Below are positions 60,297-64,000 of a stretch of 64,000 nucleotides of DNA, piece after piece. The notes beneath the pieces were generated by a model that saw only the letters and a program-made list of their open reading frames with translations, was not told where the DNA came from and did not search any database. Origin of the DNA: an uncultured Bacilli bacterium (lineage in GTDB: Bacteria; Bacillota_I; Bacilli_A; RF39; UBA660). Numbering within the stretch: the stretch's first letter is position 1; each line of letters begins with the position of its first letter. The stretch spans positions 529,964 to 593,963 of the forward strand of contig OZ007038.1 in the NCBI GenBank assembly GCA_963931685.1, read 5' to 3'. A program made the translations under genes and the position numbers.

Positions 60297-61821
60297 TTTA
60301 TTTACTTTTGTTTTTTTGACGCTAGCTTTTATTATTTATTTTGTTAGTAATTATATTAATGAAGCATTTTATAATATTACAGTAGACCAACTTTTATATA
60401 GTTTAACAACTGCTGAAGGAACTAGTAATACTATATTTATTGATGGAGCTAAATATGTGCTTGAACGCTTAATTCCAATATATTTAGTTATATTAGTTGT
60501 TATTATAATTTTTAAAATATTTATAAAAACAAAAACATATTTAAATATTGAAATTAAAGGTAGAAAATTAAAATTTATTTTATTTCCTATTTCTAGAATT
60601 ATTAGAGTTTTATTTTCTTTTATACTTTTAATTTTATCAATTAATTATGTATATATTGAATTTGACTTAGAAAATTATTTTAATCCAAACAGAAAAACTA
60701 ATTTTTTTGAGGTTTATTATACGGATCCTAAAAACATTAAATTGACAGCTCCTAAGGAGAAAAGAAATTTGATATACATTTATGTTGAATCACTAGAAAC
60801 GTCTTTATTTTCTAATAAAAACGGTGGAAATTTTAATGATTCAATTATTCCTAATTTAGAAAAACTTGCTAAAAATAATATTAGTTTTAGCACGAATAAC
60901 AAATTAGGTGGTGCGTATAGTGCTTTTGGGGCTAGCTGGACTGTAGCAGCTATGGTCGCATCTACTTCAGGGGTTCCTTTGAAAGTACCGATTGATGGTA
61001 ATTTATATTCTGGTTATGGTGAATTTTTACCTGGGGTTTATTCTTTGGGTGATATACTTAAAGATAATGGATATAACAATTATTTGATGATTGGTTCAGA
61101 TGCAAATTTTGGCGGTAGAAAAGATTATTTTACTTATCATGGAAAATATAAAATTATGGATTATAATTATGCGAAAGAAAAAGGATATATAGATGATAAT
61201 TATTATGTTTGGTGGGGATATGAGGATAGTAAGCTATTTGAATATGCTAAAAAAGAACTTTCTGAAATAACTAAAAATGATGAACCTTTTAATTTTACTA
61301 TGCTTACTGCTGATACTCATTTTACTGATGGATATGTCGATAAATCTTGTGATTATATTTATGATTATAAATATTTAAATTCATATCATTGTAGCGATAA
61401 TATGATAGGGGAGTTTATTAGTTGGATTAAAAAGCAAGATTTTTATAAGGATACTACAGTTGTTATTACAGGAGATCATTTATCTATGCAAGCCAATATA
61501 TCCAATATGTTTGATAGTAATGATTATAATAGAAGTGTTTATAATGTGTATATTAATTCTGTAAGTAATACTAAAAACACTAATAATAGAATATTTACAA
61601 CTTTTGATTATTATCCTACTACTTTAGCTTCTTTAGGGTTTGATATTGATGGTAATAGACTTGGCTTGGGTACTAATTTATTTTCTAAAAGGGAAACTTT
61701 AGCAGAAGAACTAGGATTAGATGAATTAAATGATGAATTATCTAAGAATTCTAAATACTATAATAATAGATTACTTGGAGATAGTTATGAAGAACTTAAA
61801 AAAGCAGTTTCTTCTGAATAA
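60175..61821 (+). CDS. LtaS-family (sulfatase-fold) phosphoglycerol transferase / lipoteichoic-acid-synthase-like protein. The start is uncertain (alternative TTG near 60318).
   Basis: N-terminal TM helices plus an extracellular sulfatase domain with the MLTADTHF motif. The annotated 5' end overlaps the preceding gene by 122 nt in an A-rich, low-complexity region. Confidence 0.7.
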   Translation: MKLKLKQFLVIIIKLILKIVKIAKKLGKLFLKLLRKIKISSLFTFVFLTLAFIIYFVSNYINEAFYNITVDQLLYSLTTAEGTSNTIFIDGAKYVLERLIPIYLVILVVIIIFKIFIKTKTYLNIEIKGRKLKFILFPISRIIRVLFSFILLILSINYVYIEFDLENYFNPNRKTNFFEVYYTDPKNIKLTAPKEKRNLIYIYVESLETSLFSNKNGGNFNDSIIPNLEKLAKNNISFSTNNKLGGAYSAFGASWTVAAMVASTSGVPLKVPIDGNLYSGYGEFLPGVYSLGDILKDNGYNNYLMIGSDANFGGRKDYFTYHGKYKIMDYNYAKEKGYIDDNYYVWWGYEDSKLFEYAKKELSEITKNDEPFNFTMLTADTHFTDGYVDKSCDYIYDYKYLNSYHCSDNMIGEFISWIKKQDFYKDTTVVITGDHLSMQANISNMFDSNDYNRSVYNVYINSVSNTKNTNNRIFTTFDYYPTTLASLGFDIDGNRLGLGTNLFSKRETLAEELGLDELNDELSKNSKYYNNRLLGDSYEELKKAVSSE

Positions 61822-62012
61822 AAGGTATTTTAATTTTAAATATACCTTTTTTAGTATACTTTTTGTACATTTTTTAATTTTTGTGTAGCTAGAAGATATA
61901 ATGAAATTATTCTGTTAAAACAGAACATATATTCTTTTTGACAGAATTTTACATTTCTCTTGACTTTAGTAGGGGAGTTAGGTAAAATTAATAGTAGGAG
62001 GGTTACAGACAT

Positions 62013-62798
62013 ATGGAAAGATTAAATGACATATTAAGAGAACTTGGTATTTCTAAAGTGAAGTTAGCTAAATGTTTAGGAGTGTCTAGACAAATGATTT
62101 ATAATTATTTGGAGTTAGATGATATTAATAAATGGCCAAAGGATAAAAAAGTTATTTTACTTAATATTTTAGGTATTAAATCAGCTGATGAATTAAATGA
62201 TATTAAGGTTGATACAGATTATATTATGGATGTTGAAACTAGAATTAATAGTTTATTTGAAAATTCAAATAAAAGTGAACTTGGCGAAGGAAATGTTATA
62301 TTTTCTGGTTTAGATGAAAAAAGAAAAGAACTTTTACATAATATAGTTGATGAACTAAAGGAACGTTTAGAAGATGAAAAAGATGAAGAGGGATATAATT
62401 CAATTCTTTATTTATATCATTATTTACAAACGATGCCTAGTATGAAGGAACTTAAATATATATTAGCTTATGTGTCTAAAGTTGGTGGATATACAAAACC
62501 TTATGAATTTGCATTTGATGAAACTGAGCAATTTGTTTTTGAAAGTATTTTATTTTCTGCCTTTAATTTATATCATGCTGGAACTTCTAGTAAGGCTAGA
62601 ATAGCTGAAACTCATAAACGTTTTGTCGCTCAAATAGAACATAAATTAGAAGATAAGATGAGTAGAACTTTAGAGATTAATTCTGCTAAAGTACAAGCTA
62701 TGAAGGAACTTGGTTATACAGAAGTTAATGATGAAAATGTAGCCGAAATACTATATAAAATAGATGAAATTCAAGCTCGTAAAGCAAGAAATAATTAA
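62013..62798 (+). CDS. HTH-domain protein (XRE-like N-terminal helix-turn-helix)
   Basis: ELGISKVKLAKCLGVSRQMIYNYL. A promoter TTGACT...TAAAAT lies upstream. Confidence 0.45.
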   Translation: MERLNDILRELGISKVKLAKCLGVSRQMIYNYLELDDINKWPKDKKVILLNILGIKSADELNDIKVDTDYIMDVETRINSLFENSNKSELGEGNVIFSGLDEKRKELLHNIVDELKERLEDEKDEEGYNSILYLYHYLQTMPSMKELKYILAYVSKVGGYTKPYEFAFDETEQFVFESILFSAFNLYHAGTSSKARIAETHKRFVAQIEHKLEDKMSRTLEINSAKVQAMKELGYTEVNDENVAEILYKIDEIQARKARNN

Positions 62799-62895
62799 TC
62801 CGATAATATATCTTATGTTAACTTGTATGAATTGAAAATTTGAGTAGTATTAATTTGTTTTAAGTACTACTCTTTTATTTTAAATAATAAGGGGT

Positions 62896-63441
62896 GTGTT
62901 TTGTGTGGAAATGTTTTATGAATTAATTTATACTATTACTATTATTGCTTTTATGATATTGGTATTTTATGCTATTATTTCCCGTTTTGGGCATTCTTCT
63001 GATAAAACTGAAAATGACGAACCTACAGAAATAGATGGTCCTAATACGTCTTATATTCCTAAAAAATTTTTATCTAATAATGAATATAGTTTTTTAACTA
63101 AATTTATTGATTTAGAAAATGAATTAAATGTTAATATTGTACCTCAAGTTAATTTAGCTTCTATTATTGATAAAGTATCTGATTCTAGATTTCATAACGA
63201 ATTATTTAGAAATATTGACTTTGGTATTTTTAATGCTGATTACAGTAAATTACTTTTACTAATTGAACTTAATGATGAATCACATAATAATTATCATAGA
63301 AGAAAACGCGATATTAAAGTTAGAGATATTTGTAATAAGGCTGGGATTAAATTAATAACTTTTTATACAAGATATCCAAATGAGCAATCTTATGTAAAGG
63401 GTAGGATAATTAAAGAATTAGAGAGTCAAAATAAAAATTGA
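62896..63441 (+). CDS. Membrane-anchored DUF2726-like (PD-(D/E)xK nuclease-related fold) protein
   Basis: An N-terminal TM segment, then IDFGIFNADYSKLLLLIELNDESH...RRKRDIKVRDICNKAGIKLITF, which matches the DUF2726 pattern (DF.i.d...l.IElD...H...RD......G). Confidence 0.4.
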   Translation: MFCVEMFYELIYTITIIAFMILVFYAIISRFGHSSDKTENDEPTEIDGPNTSYIPKKFLSNNEYSFLTKFIDLENELNVNIVPQVNLASIIDKVSDSRFHNELFRNIDFGIFNADYSKLLLLIELNDESHNNYHRRKRDIKVRDICNKAGIKLITFYTRYPNEQSYVKGRIIKELESQNKN

Positions 63442-63472
63442 TTACTCCCCTACCCTTATTTTATAAGGTTTT

Positions 63473-64000
63473 TTAGCTTAACATATGATTTACATACATA
63501 AATAATATACCAATTAGAAAACTTATTATGGTTTTCTTTTTTTCTTTATATTGTAAAGCTTCTGGTAATAACTCAATTATTGCTATATAAGTCATAATAC
63601 CAGCAATCATTGCGAATAAAGCACCCAAAATTGTATCATTTACTATTGGCTTTAAGAATAAGAATGCTAGTAAAGCACCAAATGGCTCTGACATACCTGA
63701 TATAAATGTTAAACCTATGGCTTTCTTTTTATTTTTAGTTGCATAATATACTGGCATAGCAATACTAATTCCTTCTGGTATATTGTGCATAGCAATCGCA
63801 ATGGTTATGGATATACCTAGTTTTATATTTGTTTCGGAGGATATATAAGTTGCTATACCCTCTGGAATGTTATGAATTATAATGGCTATCATAGTAAATA
63901 TACCTAATTTATATAATTTGTTTTGTTTATTTAATTTTTTTGGAAGTATTTTATCAATGAAAAGGGGTATAATTAATCCCATTATTATAAATAAAGTTTC
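63473..64000 (-). CDS. ZIP-family metal cation transporter (ZupT-like). The 5' end lies beyond the window.
   Basis: HNIPEGIATY and HNIPEGISIAM motifs. The frame stays open to the window end. Confidence 0.75.
   Translation of the reverse strand, partial: ETLFIIMGLIIPLFIDKILPKKLNKQNKLYKLGIFTMIAIIIHNIPEGIATYISSETNIKLGISITIAIAMHNIPEGISIAMPVYYATKNKKKAIGLTFISGMSEPFGALLAFLFLKPIVNDTILGALFAMIAGIMTYIAIIELLPEALQYKEKKKTIISFLIGILFMYVNHMLS

Noticed and set aside
1-64000. Searched for tRNA/rRNA genes, CRISPR arrays, transposases/integrases and toxin-antitoxin pairs
   Set aside because: I found no GGTTCGA-type T-arm motifs or tRNA cloverleaf candidates. There are no regularly spaced 25-40-bp repeat arrays and no DDE or tyrosine-recombinase-like ORFs. 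The only phased repeat is the 3 x 33-bp unit at 1268-1353.

Overview
This is an AT-rich, low-GC Firmicutes-type chromosomal segment; the SpoIVB-like and SpoIIM genes suggest a spore-former, possibly Erysipelotrichaceae or Clostridia-like. It reads in four blocks. (1) Positions 1-10.8 kb hold conserved housekeeping genes: the 3' part of an LCP-family gene, a remnant of a DUF4143 ATPase gene, the rpsL-rpsG-fusA-tuf ribosomal operon, a full-length DUF4143 AAA ATPase, and hisS-aspS. (2) Positions 10.9-18.8 kb form a compact, probably accessory island between aspS and rnhC. It carries two tandem paralogous degenerate ClpX/HslU-like pseudo-ATPases, a TtcA-family PP-loop tRNA thiolase, a CYTH-fold gene, a standalone viperin-like radical SAM gene, a LysR regulator broken by an in-frame TAA, a fusion of a cytidylate-kinase (Cmk) domain to a second viperin-like radical SAM domain, an MBL-fold hydrolase (RNase Z/PhnP-like) and a second CYTH-like gene. 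I read this as a candidate prokaryotic-viperin (pVip)-type modified-nucleotide or antiviral system with unusual accessory genes. It is the most interesting part of the window. (3) Positions 19.2-25.3 kb hold housekeeping genes: rnhC, cvpA, trxA, dCMP deaminase, lspA, rluD, a rhomboid protease and a CDP-alcohol phosphatidyltransferase. (4) Positions 25.6-61.8 kb form a large cell-envelope region. It encodes two multidomain secreted peptidoglycan hydrolases (GH73 with four Ig-like repeats; ricin-B lectin repeats with GH25) and a non-catalytic multi-PASTA membrane protein. A roughly 22 kb glycopolymer locus follows, with GtrB-like and other GT2 enzymes, GT4, an Alg14/Alg13-like pair, a Wzx flippase, Wzy-like membrane proteins, several GT-C-like membrane proteins, a Stealth-family phosphotransferase, a UbiA-like polyprenyl-phosphate phosphoribosyltransferase homologue and an OatA-like acyltransferase. 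Downstream are a SpoIVB-like peptidase, an SGNH hydrolase, SpoIIM, mnmA, GtrA and an LtaS-like gene. The window ends with an HTH protein, a DUF2726-like membrane protein and a 5'-truncated ZIP transporter gene on the minus strand. I found no rRNA, tRNA, CRISPR array or clear transposase.
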